A stretch of 64,000 nucleotides of DNA from Myxococcota bacterium. Its GTDB lineage: Bacteria; Myxococcota_A; UBA9160; SZUA-336. Position 1 is the stretch's first letter; the number at the start of each line of letters is the position of its first letter. The position numbers and the translations under genes are program-made. The stretch covers positions 1,440,001 to 1,504,000 of the forward strand of contig CBDFGR010000003.1 in assembly GCA_965247115.1 (NCBI GenBank), read 5' to 3'. The notes beneath the pieces are model-generated. The model did not search any database. It was given only the letters and a program-made list of their open reading frames with translations, and was not told the DNA's origin. Shown here piece by piece: positions 1 through 9,813 of the stretch.

Positions 1-473
1 ATCTCCGCGCGCAGCGCCTCCACCAGTGGTCCGATCGCCCTCAGCATGCTGAAGGGCTTGCGGAAGAACGGAACCGCGATGGACAGCGCTGGCGCGACGC
101 CCAGCTGATAGCGCAGCTCCGGACGCCCGTACTCGTGGCGCAGCTTGTGAAACAGCGGCAGGCTGGCCGACCAGTCGCGAAAGTAGCCGAGCTCGCCCAG
201 CTCGATCTCGAGCCTACGACCGCGGCGAATCGAGAACCTCGTCGTCCGCCTGCTCTCCCCCGCGAGGCGTTCCATCGCCTCCTGAGAGGACAGCGCCGGG
301 TTGCGAGCCAGGCGGTCGACCAGGTGCGTGATGTAGTTCGCGCGCTCCCCGGTCTCGCCGTCGGGAAGGTAGGGCAGCGTCTCCCCGAGACGTTGCAGGC
401 TCTCCTACATCGCCTCGCCCGCGTCCCGGAACGGAAGGCTCCCCACCAGGTGAGCCCGTATCTGTCGCGTCAT
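1..473 (-). pseudogene. 5' part of a MetE/UROD-like TIM-barrel hypothetical protein with an in-frame TAG at codon 23; runs off the window edge
   Basis: Manual translation MTRQIRAHLVGSLPFRDAGEAM*ESLQRLGETLPYLPDGETGERANYI...; HLVGS and PDGETGER motifs lie either side of the TAG (405-407); ATGA overlap with the upstream hydrolase stop. Absent from the ORF track. Confidence 0.6.
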
Positions 474-1357
474 CCCATGTGTTTGCGGAGAAAGCTGCCA
501 ATGGCTTCGACGGCCTTGGCGGCTTCGGGGAGCTCGGTGAAGAGCTGGAAGACGTGGAACATTTCGTCCCACGGCTCGAGGGTGGTGTCGACGCCGGCGG
601 CGCGGGCTCTGGCAGCGAAGCGGGTGGCGTCGTCCAGCAGGGTCTCGTGGTCACCAACGTGGATCAGGAGGGGCGGCAGACCCTCGAGCTTTGCGTGGAG
701 GGGAGCCGCCAGGGGAGCCCGCGGATCGGCTCCCGCGAGGTAGGTCTCCGCCATCCCCAGGATCAGCGGCCGCTGGACCATGGGGTCCAGCTCTGCGCGC
801 GTCTCCATCGACTCGCCCTCGGCTTCTAGATCGACCCACGGCGAGATCATCACGCCGGCAGCGGGCAATTCGGTCCCGGCGTCGCGCAGCGCAACCAACG
901 TCGCCGCCGTCAGGCCTGCGCCTGCGGAGTCTCCCGCCACCGCAATGTTCGACGGCCGGATGCCCTGCTCGAGCAGCCAACGGTAGGCGGCTGTCGCATC
1001 TTCCACCGGTGCGGGAAACGGATGTTCCGGGGACAGGCGGTAGTCGAGACCCAGCCCTCGGCAGCCACCCGCGGCCGAGAGCCGAGCGATGAGATCCCAG
1101 TGCGAGCGCACCGAGCCCAACGCGTAGCCACCGCCGTGCAGGTAGAGCAGGACCCTGTCCGCGCTAGCGCCCGGCGCGGTGATCCACTCGGCCTCAACGC
1201 CCCCGGCAGAGACGCGTTCGGATTGCGCCTCGGCCGATGGCGCCGAGAAGAGCTCCTCCCACTCCCGACGCATCTCAGCCAGCGGTTTGTCCGCTCCCCA
1301 GGATCCGAACGTATCGCGTATCCGTTGCTTCACGGTCTCGAGCGCATCACTTCCCAT
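470..1357 (-). CDS. HSL-family alpha/beta hydrolase (esterase/lactonase-like)
   Basis: HGGG oxyanion motif, GDSAG nucleophile, C-terminal HVFQ; AGGAG upstream of ATG 1357. Confidence 0.9.
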   Translation of the reverse strand: MGSDALETVKQRIRDTFGSWGADKPLAEMRREWEELFSAPSAEAQSERVSAGGVEAEWITAPGASADRVLLYLHGGGYALGSVRSHWDLIARLSAAGGCRGLGLDYRLSPEHPFPAPVEDATAAYRWLLEQGIRPSNIAVAGDSAGAGLTAATLVALRDAGTELPAAGVMISPWVDLEAEGESMETRAELDPMVQRPLILGMAETYLAGADPRAPLAAPLHAKLEGLPPLLIHVGDHETLLDDATRFAARARAAGVDTTLEPWDEMFHVFQLFTELPEAAKAVEAIGSFLRKHMG

Positions 1358-1465
1358 CGTGGCATCTCCTTGACTGTTCGGCCGCTGCCGTGTCGTCCGT
1401 AAGATACCAGCTTCTGGGCTTTGCTTTCCTCGACGAGGTGGGTCGCCTACCCTTGCCTCCTGAGG

Positions 1466-1541
1466 GGGGCGATAGCTCAATGGTTAGAGCAGGTCCCTCA
1501 TAAGGATCTGGTTCTCGGTTCGAGTCCGAGTCGCCCCACCA
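1466..1541 (+). tRNA. tRNA with CAT anticodon, most likely tRNA-Ile2 (lysidine-modified)
   Basis: GGGGCGA/TCGCCCC acceptor stem, D arm GCTC/GAGC, anticodon loop CT-CAT-AA, TTCGAGT T loop, encoded CCA; no initiator-type three G-C anticodon pairs. Ile2 versus elongator Met is inference. Confidence 0.9.
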
Positions 1542-1544
1542 ACA

Positions 1545-2222
1545 CTACGATCGTGCCAGGTGCGACGTGAGTCGGGTCTGGATCGCGTCGACGAAGCGCT
1601 TGTAGTCGCCACTCCCGAAGAAGGCAGAGCCCATCACGAAGACGCGGCCGCCGTTGCCGGCGACCTCTTCCACCGTCTCGAGGTTCACGCCGCCGTCGAC
1701 GACGATGTCGATCTCGCGCGACTGGAGATCGACCGACTTGCGGAGCTCGCGCAGCTTCGGCATGACGCCGGCAATGAAGCTCTGACCGCCGAAGCCCGGA
1801 TTCACCGTCATGACCAGGATCTGATCGAGCTGCGGCAGCACGGCGCCGAGAGCGGAGGCCGGAGTCCCTGGATTCAGCGCCACGCACGTCCGGACGCCGC
1901 GCGCCGCGATCTGCTCGAGCGTGCCGTGCAGGTGCGGGCACGCCTCCGCGTGCACACCGAGCGCATTCGCGCCGGCGTCGGCAAAGCGGTCGATCATCGC
2001 GCCGGCGTCTTCGATCATCAGGTGGACGTCGACCGGCAGCGAGGTCGCCTTTGCGATCGCTCGGACCACGTCGGGACCGATCGTCAGGTTTGGCACGAAG
2101 TGGCCATCCATCACGTCGACGTGGATCCAGTCCGCTCCCGCCTCTTCCGCCGCCTGCACCTCGTCGGCGAGACGACCGAAGTCTGCAGAGAGGATCGAGG
2201 CCGCGATGCGGAACTTCTTCAC
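1545..2222 (-). CDS. rpe: ribulose-phosphate 3-epimerase
   Basis: SILSADF, HVDVMDGHFVPNLT, MTVNPGFGGQ, VDGG motifs; GTGA overlap with rsmB stop. Confidence 0.96.
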   Translation of the reverse strand: MKKFRIAASILSADFGRLADEVQAAEEAGADWIHVDVMDGHFVPNLTIGPDVVRAIAKATSLPVDVHLMIEDAGAMIDRFADAGANALGVHAEACPHLHGTLEQIAARGVRTCVALNPGTPASALGAVLPQLDQILVMTVNPGFGGQSFIAGVMPKLRELRKSVDLQSREIDIVVDGGVNLETVEEVAGNGGRVFVMGSAFFGSGDYKRFVDAIQTRLTSHLARS

Positions 2223-3583
2223 GTCCGGACCAGCCGCGCAGCGTAGAAGCCGTCGCAGCGGTGGCGATGGGGGAATGTCGCGAGCGCGCCGCTCCTGTCG
2301 ACCAGGTCGGCGGCAGCGGCGGGCAGGTGTGCGCGCGCGTCTTCCTGCTTGAAGTCGGAGTGTGATTCGAGAAAGCGCGCCACCACGCCGCTCGTCTCCT
2401 CGGGAGTGAACGTACACACACTATAGACGAGCACCCCGCCGGACTCGACGTAGCGCGCGCACGAGCTCAGGAGGGACAGCGAGCGCTCGGCCGCGCGCGG
2501 TACCTCCCCACGGACGAGGCGCCAGCGCGCGTCCGGGTTGCGGCGCAGCGTGCCCAGACCGGTGCACGGAGCGTCGACCAGGATGCCCGAGAAGCGCAGC
2601 TTGCCCTGCAGGTCGAAGCCCTTTGCGGCATCCCGCTGCAGGACCCGCAGGTTCGAGAGTCTGAGCCGCCGCGCGGCCTGGTGGATCAGCGCGAGCCGAT
2701 TCCGGTGGAGCTCGAGCGCCACGACTTCCCCACCCGGACCTACCTGTTGCGCCAGCTGCACGGCCTTCGTGCCCGGCGCGGCGCAGCAATCCACGACCGT
2801 GTCGCCGGGCTGCGCGCCGAGCAGTAGTGGCACGAGCTGGGAAGCCTCGTCCTGCACGGTGTGCTCACCCCGCGCGAAGCCTGGATCGCGCACGGGGTCA
2901 CGGGTGAGGCCGGTGATCGTGTCGGGCCCAAAGCGCCCCCGACGCCCGCCGAGCCGACGCGCCACCTCGTCGGCGTCCACCCCCGGCGAGACACGCACGG
3001 AGCGAGGCGGCGCACGGGTGCAGGCCTCGGCCAACGCGGTCGCCTGCTCGAGTCCAAACTGAGAGAGCCAGCGGTCCGCGAGCCACTCCGGAAGCGAGCC
3101 CCAGTCGCGCAGATAGCCGGCCGGATCCAGCTTGGGATCGGGGTAGCGAACTCCCTCTCCCTCCACGCGACGAGCGAGCGCGCGCAGGACCGCGTTCACG
3201 AAGCCTGACGCGCGCTCGAGACCGCGGTTCCGGGCCAGCTTCACGCTCTCGTCGACGACCGACGCGTTGCGCACGCCGTCCAGCTCCAGGAGCTGATACG
3301 CGCCCAGACGCAGCAGGCTCCAAACACGCGGCTCCACCCGGTTGAGTGGTCGATCGAGCGCCTGCGCCAGCGCCGCGTCGAGGCGCCCGCGCAGCCGCAG
3401 CGTGCCGTAGCAGAGCTCGGTGGCCAGCGCGCGGTCGCGCTTGGCGAGATCGGAATCGCGCAGCGCCGCGTGGAGCGCAAGCTCAGCAAAGGCGCGATCC
3501 CGCTCCACCCGCTCGAGCACGTGCCAGGCCAGGCCTCGAGCAGTGCGCGCGAGCTTTGGGTCGAGCTTGTAAGTGGGGCTCAT
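2219..3583 (-). CDS. rsmB: 16S rRNA m5C967 methyltransferase
   Basis: NusB-like N-terminus, QDEASQ, CAAPGTK, DAPCTG and YSVC motifs; follows fmt. Confidence 0.93.
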   Translation of the reverse strand: MSPTYKLDPKLARTARGLAWHVLERVERDRAFAELALHAALRDSDLAKRDRALATELCYGTLRLRGRLDAALAQALDRPLNRVEPRVWSLLRLGAYQLLELDGVRNASVVDESVKLARNRGLERASGFVNAVLRALARRVEGEGVRYPDPKLDPAGYLRDWGSLPEWLADRWLSQFGLEQATALAEACTRAPPRSVRVSPGVDADEVARRLGGRRGRFGPDTITGLTRDPVRDPGFARGEHTVQDEASQLVPLLLGAQPGDTVVDCCAAPGTKAVQLAQQVGPGGEVVALELHRNRLALIHQAARRLRLSNLRVLQRDAAKGFDLQGKLRFSGILVDAPCTGLGTLRRNPDARWRLVRGEVPRAAERSLSLLSSCARYVESGGVLVYSVCTFTPEETSGVVARFLESHSDFKQEDARAHLPAAAADLVDRSGALATFPHRHRCDGFYAARLVRT

Positions 3584-4590
3584 GACGCGACCCTCTCTTC
3601 CGCCGGGAGCTCGACGGCGCGGAGGAACTGCGCGGCGCTGACCGGCTTTCGCCCGGGGACTTGCAGGCGCAGGATCTCCACCCACGCATCCCGCGCAGCC
3701 ACGCACAGGCGACCGTGCCGGATCCGGACCGCGCCACACTCGGAGGCAGCCTCCGCGTCTTCGGAGGCAGTCCCCGCGTCTTCGGAGGCAGTCTCCGCGT
3801 CGTCGTCGCGACGGGCCTCGAGGATGCGGAGCTTCTTCCCGGACAAATCGAGCAGCAGGTCTGCGCCGGGCCTGGGACTCGCCGCGCGGATCCGACGCAG
3901 GATGCGCTCCGCCGGCTCGCGCCAGTCCAGACACGCGAACTCGCGACCGATTCGCGAGGCCTCGGTAGCGTCCGCGTCGACCTGTGGTCGAAAGACGGCG
4001 CGACCCTCGGCAATCTCGTCGACGGCCGCGAGCAACGCGTCCGCTGCCAGATCGGCCAGGCGCTCACTCAGCTCTCCCGCCGTCTCGGCGGGCCCGATCT
4101 CCGTCTCGCGCACCAGGCAGACGTCGCCGGCATCCATCTCCTTGACCACACGCATGACGGAGACGCCAGTCCTGGTGTCACCTTCGAGAATGGACCATTG
4201 GATCGGCGCCGCCCCGCGCCAGCGCGGCAGCAGGCTCGCGTGCGCGTTGATCATCCCGTGAACAGGCAGCTCCCGCACTGGCTTGGGAATGAACTGACCG
4301 AAGGCGACGACCACTCCCAGATCGGCTCGCAGGCCCCGCATCCACTCGAGCGTATCCGCGTCCCCCACCTTTGCCGGCTGTCGGATCGAGAGCCCGAGCT
4401 CCTGGGCCAGGCTCCGGACGGGTGTGGGCTCGAGCTTGCGGCCGCGCCCCCGCGGGCGATCCGGCTGGCTAATCACGCCCAGGACTCGGTGGCGGCTGCT
4501 TGCCAGGGCACGCAGCGCCGGCAGTGCGAAGTCCGGCGTGCCGAGGTAGAGCAGGCCAAGGGACGGAGGATCGGTCGTGGCGCGCGACAC
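3580..4590 (-). CDS. fmt: methionyl-tRNA formyltransferase
   Basis: GTPDFA, QPDRPRGRG, NAHASLLPRWRGAAPIQ, MDAGD. Confidence 0.96.
   Translation of the reverse strand: MSRATTDPPSLGLLYLGTPDFALPALRALASSRHRVLGVISQPDRPRGRGRKLEPTPVRSLAQELGLSIRQPAKVGDADTLEWMRGLRADLGVVVAFGQFIPKPVRELPVHGMINAHASLLPRWRGAAPIQWSILEGDTRTGVSVMRVVKEMDAGDVCLVRETEIGPAETAGELSERLADLAADALLAAVDEIAEGRAVFRPQVDADATEASRIGREFACLDWREPAERILRRIRAASPRPGADLLLDLSGKKLRILEARRDDDAETASEDAGTASEDAEAASECGAVRIRHGRLCVAARDAWVEILRLQVPGRKPVSAAQFLRAVELPAEERVAS
3740..3802. repeat. 21-bp tandem repeat x3 inside fmt
   Basis: tcggaggcagcctccgcgtct / tcggaggcagtccccgcgtct / tcggaggcagtctccgcgtcg; encodes DAETASE-DAGTASE-DAEAASE. Confidence 0.85.
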
Positions 4591-4595
4591 GCGCG

Positions 4596-5120
4596 TCAGC
4601 CCTGGTCGCGTCGCAGCTGCTTCTTTCGGCGCCTGACGTAGAGATCGCGCTTGAGCTTGCTGACCCGGTCGATGAACAGGATGCCATCCAGGTGATCGAG
4701 CTCGTGCTGGATGCAGTACGACTCGAGCTCGATCGCCTCGAACTCGACCGGTTCCCAGTCGAGCCCGCGCGCGCGTACCACGATGCGGCTGTCCCGTTCG
4801 ACGTCCGACTTGAAGTCCGGCACGGACAGGCAGCCCTCGCTCTCCGAGATGGAACGTCCTTCGCGCTCCAGGATCTCGGGGTTGATGAGCGTGCGCGGCT
4901 TCTTCTCGCCGTCCTCGCCCGTCCAGTCCAGGTCCATGACAAACAGCCGCTTCGCAACACCGACCTGAGTCGCGGCCAGACCGATGCCCGGCTCGTCGTA
5001 CATGGTCTCTGCCATGTTCCGCGCGAGCTCGCGCAGCTCGTCGGTCACCCCTTCGGTCGTGAGCTCGCTCGCCTGCTCGCGCAGGCGAGGATCGGGGAAC
5101 TGGAGCACCTCTAGAAGCAT
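4596..5120 (-). CDS. def: peptide deformylase
   Basis: GIGLAATQVG, EGCLS, QHELDHLDG. Confidence 0.97.
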   Translation of the reverse strand: MLLEVLQFPDPRLREQASELTTEGVTDELRELARNMAETMYDEPGIGLAATQVGVAKRLFVMDLDWTGEDGEKKPRTLINPEILEREGRSISESEGCLSVPDFKSDVERDSRIVVRARGLDWEPVEFEAIELESYCIQHELDHLDGILFIDRVSKLKRDLYVRRRKKQLRRDQG

Positions 5121-5127
5121 GGGAGAC

Positions 5128-7566
5128 TCATAGCATCTGGAGCGGGGCGGTATCCAGCCTCAGATCGACACCCGAAAGCTCGGCCCGAGCGCGCCGCTGG
5201 AGCTGCAACGCCACCCTGCGAACGTCGCTGCGATCACCGAGGAGCAGGAGCTGCCAGCGAAAGCGATCGCGCACGCGCCGAATGGGAGCGGGCGCAGGGC
5301 CCAGGACCTCCACCGCGCTCTCCGCGCCGGACGCGGCGCGCGCCCACTCCGCCAGCGCTCCGGCCGCGCCTTCCACCACGTCCTCTTTCTTTCCGCTGAG
5401 AGAAGCCTGCAGCATGTTGCGATACGGCGGGTACCCGTGCGGCTTGCGGCGCGACAGCTCCTCGCGCAGGAAGCGCGGATAGTCGTGCATGCGCGACAGG
5501 GCGATCGCGTAGTGGTCCGGCAGGAAGGTCTGAATCACAACGCGTCCGGGCTCTTCCCCCCGACCAGCCCGCCCCGCGACCTGGGTGAGGAGCTGGAAGG
5601 TCCGCTCGCTGGCGCGAAAGTCAGGAAAGTGCAGGCCGAGGTCTGCAGCCACGACGCCAACGAGCGTCACGCCAGGAACGTCGTGACCCTTCGCGATCAT
5701 CTGCGTGCCGACGAGCACGTCGATGTCGCCGCGATGAAAGTCTCTCAGGATGCGGCGCTGATCGCCTTTTCGGGACGACGTGTCGCGGTCGAGTCGACCC
5801 ACGCGCGCGTGCCCGAACATGGCCGCGACGTCCTCTTCGAGCCGCTCCGTGCCAAAGCCCAGCAGCGCGCTGTCGGGAGTCCCGCAGCCAGGACACGCTG
5901 GAGCGGGTACCTCGCGGTGGCCGCAGTAGTGACAGCGAAGCTCCCCTTGCCTGGGATCGTCCGCCCTCGGCGCGGTGCCCGTCGCGTGGTAGACGAGCGA
6001 GATGTCGCAGCGAGGACACGAGACGGCGTGTCCGCAGGCGAAGCAGTACACGCGCGTCGCAAAGCCCCTGCGGTTGAGGAACAGGATCGCCTGGCTACCC
6101 GTTGCGAGCACCCCGGCCAGGGCCTGCCGGAGCGGACGCGAGAGCAACATGGTGCGCCCGCGCCGCTTCACCTCGACGTTCATGTCGACGATCTCCACCT
6201 GCGGCAGCGGGCGTCTGGTGACCCTGTCCGGGAGAACGAGTCGCTGGACCGCACCGTGCTCGCAGCGGAACGCCGTCTCTACGTCAGGTGTTGCCGAGCC
6301 CAGCACCAGCGGACAGCCGCTGTCCTCTGCTCGCAGGCGCGCCACGTCGCGAGCGTGGAAGCGGAAGCCCTCCTCGCTCTTGTACGCCGAATCGTGCTCC
6401 TCGTCGATCACGACCAGACCCAGGTCATGAAAGGGAGCGAAGATCGCGGAGCGCGCGCCGATCGCGATCCGTCGACTCCCCTCGCGAATGCTCCGCCAGT
6501 GGTCGAAGCGTTCCCCCGCGGAGAGACCGCTGTGCAGCACGGCGACCTCTTCCCCGAAGCGCGCGCGGAAGCGATCCACGACCTGGTGCGTGAGCGAGAT
6601 CTCGGGCGCCAGCACGATCACGCCGCGCTTCTGCTGCAACGCCACGGCCGCGGCACGCAGGTAGACCTCCGTCTTCCCGCTGCCCGTGACACCGTAGAGC
6701 ATGAAGCTCTTTCCTCGCGAACCTTCGATCGCGCCTGAGATCGCTTCCAACGCCTCGCTCTGCGCGAGAGTGAGCTGGTGCACCGCCTCGGGCTGCGCGA
6801 GCGGAGCCTCGACACGCGTTCGTGTCAACTCCTTCTCCTCGACTGTCACCAGACCCTCGCGCACCAGCGTCCGCAGCGGCGAGGTGCTCGGAAGCGCCTG
6901 CGGCCCCGCGAGGAGCTGCTCGTAGAGCTCGAGCTGGCGCCTCGCCCTCGCGAGCCGGATGCGCGCCTCCTCGGGAGCGACGGACGGGTCGACTCGGTAC
7001 ACGCGTTGGGTTCGCACGCGCACGCGCGGCTCCGTCCTGGTGAGCTCGCGCTTGACCCAGCCGACCCGCTCGAGCTGCTCCAGGCTCGCCCCTGCAGCCT
7101 GGAAGCGTCGGCGAAACTGGACCTCGGTAGGCGCGCCGCGCTCGAGCGCGTGGAGAACCTCGAGCAAGCTGCCGCGCGCCTCGCCGCGCGCAATGGCCTT
7201 GCGTCCCGCCTCTTGAAGCTGAACGCGACGCTCGATGCGCGGGGCTGTGCCGGGCGGAAGCGCCGCGGCCAGGGCCAGCCCCGGCGGACACAGAACGTCG
7301 CGTGCGACCCGCAACAGCACCTTCAACAGCGACTCGGGCAGCACCGGAGCGGAGTCGAGCACCTCGATCACCGAACGCGCCGCCCCGGCTCCCCGCGCGC
7401 CCCCTTCGACCCGCTCCGCCACGACCACGCCGACCACCTGCCGCCCCGCACAAGGCACGAGCACCCGCACGCCGGGCAGCACACGCCCCTCGCCCGAAAC
7501 CTCATAGTCGAGCGTGTCGTCCAGCGGAAGCGACACAGCAACCTCGACCCGCCGACCGGAACTCAC
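5128..7566 (-). CDS. priA: primosomal protein N' (replication restart helicase)
   Basis: GVTGSGKTEVY, DEEH, Cys-rich Zn region, GTQMIAKGHD, QVAGRAGR. Confidence 0.96.
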   Translation of the reverse strand: MSSGRRVEVAVSLPLDDTLDYEVSGEGRVLPGVRVLVPCAGRQVVGVVVAERVEGGARGAGAARSVIEVLDSAPVLPESLLKVLLRVARDVLCPPGLALAAALPPGTAPRIERRVQLQEAGRKAIARGEARGSLLEVLHALERGAPTEVQFRRRFQAAGASLEQLERVGWVKRELTRTEPRVRVRTQRVYRVDPSVAPEEARIRLARARRQLELYEQLLAGPQALPSTSPLRTLVREGLVTVEEKELTRTRVEAPLAQPEAVHQLTLAQSEALEAISGAIEGSRGKSFMLYGVTGSGKTEVYLRAAAVALQQKRGVIVLAPEISLTHQVVDRFRARFGEEVAVLHSGLSAGERFDHWRSIREGSRRIAIGARSAIFAPFHDLGLVVIDEEHDSAYKSEEGFRFHARDVARLRAEDSGCPLVLGSATPDVETAFRCEHGAVQRLVLPDRVTRRPLPQVEIVDMNVEVKRRGRTMLLSRPLRQALAGVLATGSQAILFLNRRGFATRVYCFACGHAVSCPRCDISLVYHATGTAPRADDPRQGELRCHYCGHREVPAPACPGCGTPDSALLGFGTERLEEDVAAMFGHARVGRLDRDTSSRKGDQRRILRDFHRGDIDVLVGTQMIAKGHDVPGVTLVGVVAADLGLHFPDFRASERTFQLLTQVAGRAGRGEEPGRVVIQTFLPDHYAIALSRMHDYPRFLREELSRRKPHGYPPYRNMLQASLSGKKEDVVEGAAGALAEWARAASGAESAVEVLGPAPAPIRRVRDRFRWQLLLLGDRSDVRRVALQLQRRARAELSGVDLRLDTAPLQML

Positions 7567-7623
7567 CGGGTGGTTCTAGCACGTTCGCCCCACACACCCG
7601 AACGACCGAAACCACCGCCCAGA

Positions 7624-7719
7624 GACATAACTTGGGGACGGTCCTTAGTCATAACTTCTGGAACCAGCCCCGCCGATCGAGCGGGAAGTTATGACTAAGG
7701 ACCGTCCCCAAGTTATGTC
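7624..7719. repeat. REP/REPIN-like element A: perfect 35-bp inverted repeat
   Basis: gacataacttggggacggtccttagtcataacttc (7624-7658) and its exact reverse complement (7685-7719), 26-nt spacer; additional outer IR accaccgccc/gggcggtggt (7611-7620, 7730-7739). Confidence 0.9.
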
Positions 7720-7751
7720 CCCTGATTTCGGGCGGTGGTAGGGTGCGGGGC

Positions 7752-8681
7752 GTGGCGGGCATCGTCGTGGTGGGGAGCTTGAATCTCGATGTCTCGGTGC
7801 GGGCGGAGCACTTGCCGCGGCCTGGCGAGACGGTGCGGGCGAGTGGGCTCGAGCTGGGTCCCGGGGGGAAGGGACTCAACCAGGCGCTTGCCGCGGCCCG
7901 GCTTGGTGGGAGCGTGGAAATGATCGGCTGCGTCGGTGCGGACGCCTTCGCCGCGATCCCGCTCGATGCGCTGCGCGACGCGGGCGTCGAGACGAGTCGC
8001 GTTCGCGTGTGCGAGGGCGAGCACACGGGGACGGCGCTCATCTCCGTCGACGCAGAGACGGGCCAAAATGCGATCTCGGTAGCTGCGGGGGCGAATGCGC
8101 GCGTGACCCCCGATCAGGTGCGAGAGGCGGAGCCCGTGTTCCGCGCTGCGAGCGTGCTGCTGATCCAGCTGGAGCTCCCCCTCGACACGGTGGAGACCGC
8201 CCTCGACCTGGGGAGGCGCCACTCGCTGCTCACGCTCCTCGACCCGGCCCCGTTTCGCGAGCTGCCCGACTCGATCCTGCGCAAGGTCGACGTGCTGACC
8301 CCGAACGAGACGGAGGCCGAGTCGCTCTGTGGCCTGCGCGTGGCAGACGTGGAATCCGGAGCGGCCGCGGGAGCCCTGCTTCAGAAACGTACCCGTGGGG
8401 ATGTCATCGTGACGCTGGGAGCTCTGGGCTGCGTCCGGGTCCACTCGAGCGGCTTCGAGCACCTGCCCGCCCCGCCGGTCGAGCCCGTAGACACCACCGG
8501 GGCGGGAGATGCCTTCAACGGCGGGCTCGCCGTCGCTCTCGCCAGAGGCGCCCCGCTGCTGGAGGCCCTGCGCCAGGCGATCCTCGCGGGCACGGCCGCC
8601 ACGCTGCGACCGGGGGCCGGCGCGGCCATGCCGACACCGGAGGATCTCGCGCGACTGCCCGAGGCTGCTAGCGCCTCCTGA
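7752..8681 (+). CDS. rbsK: ribokinase
   Basis: VVGSLNLD, GGKGLNQA, PNETEA, DTTGAGDAF; start could be 7743. Confidence 0.9.
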   Translation: MAGIVVVGSLNLDVSVRAEHLPRPGETVRASGLELGPGGKGLNQALAAARLGGSVEMIGCVGADAFAAIPLDALRDAGVETSRVRVCEGEHTGTALISVDAETGQNAISVAAGANARVTPDQVREAEPVFRAASVLLIQLELPLDTVETALDLGRRHSLLTLLDPAPFRELPDSILRKVDVLTPNETEAESLCGLRVADVESGAAAGALLQKRTRGDVIVTLGALGCVRVHSSGFEHLPAPPVEPVDTTGAGDAFNGGLAVALARGAPLLEALRQAILAGTAATLRPGAGAAMPTPEDLARLPEAASAS

Positions 8682-9600
8682 GCCTGCGGAGCGCCCGGAC
8701 CATCGGTCCGGGACGGCCCGCCACGAGCCGTCCGAGCTGGCCCACGTCCCGGACGAAGTCGCCGCATTGGAGCAGGTAGTCGAGCATCTTCGCGTAGCCG
8801 AGCTCGTGAAGCTCCGTACGCATGTGCTGGGAAAGGCCGGACTTCCAGACGTTGCGCTCGTCCTCGGGCGGCTCCAGACCGAGGCCGAGCTCCGTGGCGA
8901 CCCAGCCGGCCGTCCACAGGACCAGCGCGAGCATCGGCTGCTCCGCGGCGGCCTCTGAACGACGGCACTCGCGCACACCCACGACCACGTGCGGGGGCAG
9001 GTTCCAGCTCTCCAGCACGCGAGCGCAGAGCTCGCCAGGGTAGACGTCGAACTCCTTGTAGAGCGCCTCGTCCAGGTCGACCTCCTCGGTCCGCGACTGT
9101 CGCCACGCTGCGCCGAAGCGCTTGGGAAAGGACACCGCCAGGAACGCCTCGCCCAGCCGATGCACCAGCGCACCGAGGTAAGCGCCAGAGAGATCGCGAT
9201 AGCCGAGATCCTCCGCGAGGCGTCGCGCACAGATGGCCGAGGCAAGGCCAAAGGTCCAGAAGCGCCGCACGTCCAGGGGAGCGGGCAGGCGCGGCAATAC
9301 GTTCATGATCGCGACGGAGAGGATGGCACCGCGGGTCTCCTGCTCCCCCAGGCGCAGGATCGAGGTCTTGATGCAAGACGTGCGCATCCCCATGCAGAAG
9401 AAGGGCGAGTTGCCCATGCCGACCACGCGCAGCGCCAGCACCGGGTCCCGTGAGATCACCGCGGCCACAGCGCGCACGTCGTAATTCGGATCGTCAAGCA
9501 GGTGGAGCGCTTCCAGCGCGGCGTGGGGCAGTGTGGGCAGCCCCTTCATCCGCTCGACGAGCTGATCTACGGGGCTCGGACTCTCAGCGGGCTCCCGCAT
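8668..9600 (-). CDS. stand-alone HDOD-domain protein
   Basis: LPTLP, RDPVLALRVV..NSP, W-N-LP motifs typical of HDOD; start could be 9618. Confidence 0.85.
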   Translation of the reverse strand: MREPAESPSPVDQLVERMKGLPTLPHAALEALHLLDDPNYDVRAVAAVISRDPVLALRVVGMGNSPFFCMGMRTSCIKTSILRLGEQETRGAILSVAIMNVLPRLPAPLDVRRFWTFGLASAICARRLAEDLGYRDLSGAYLGALVHRLGEAFLAVSFPKRFGAAWRQSRTEEVDLDEALYKEFDVYPGELCARVLESWNLPPHVVVGVRECRRSEAAAEQPMLALVLWTAGWVATELGLGLEPPEDERNVWKSGLSQHMRTELHELGYAKMLDYLLQCGDFVRDVGQLGRLVAGRPGPMVRALRRLRRR

Positions 9601-9813
9601 GGGGGTTGCGTGCAGCATTCGGTCTCCATTCGACAGCCGTTCGACCCGCCCGGGAACACCCGGGTTAGGGCACTGGCTTTGCGTCCCCGACTTCCGTCGG
9701 GTTTGCCATTTCGTGGAGCAGCCGAACTTGCGCCCGCGCTGCGTCCCAACGCTGCCGGTCCTGAGACCGGAAGCGTCATAAGACGTATCGGACGCAGAGA
9801 AGTGGACTTGAGC

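Noticed and set aside
7624..7719. CRISPR repeat-spacer-repeat or integron attC site
   Set aside because: The 35-bp copies are inverted, not direct, and the arms are perfectly paired with no attC extrahelical bases; no cas or intI gene.
9668..9682. GGGCAC-N5-TTGC sigma54-like motif on the + strand
   Set aside because: Points toward no plus-strand gene; likely chance.
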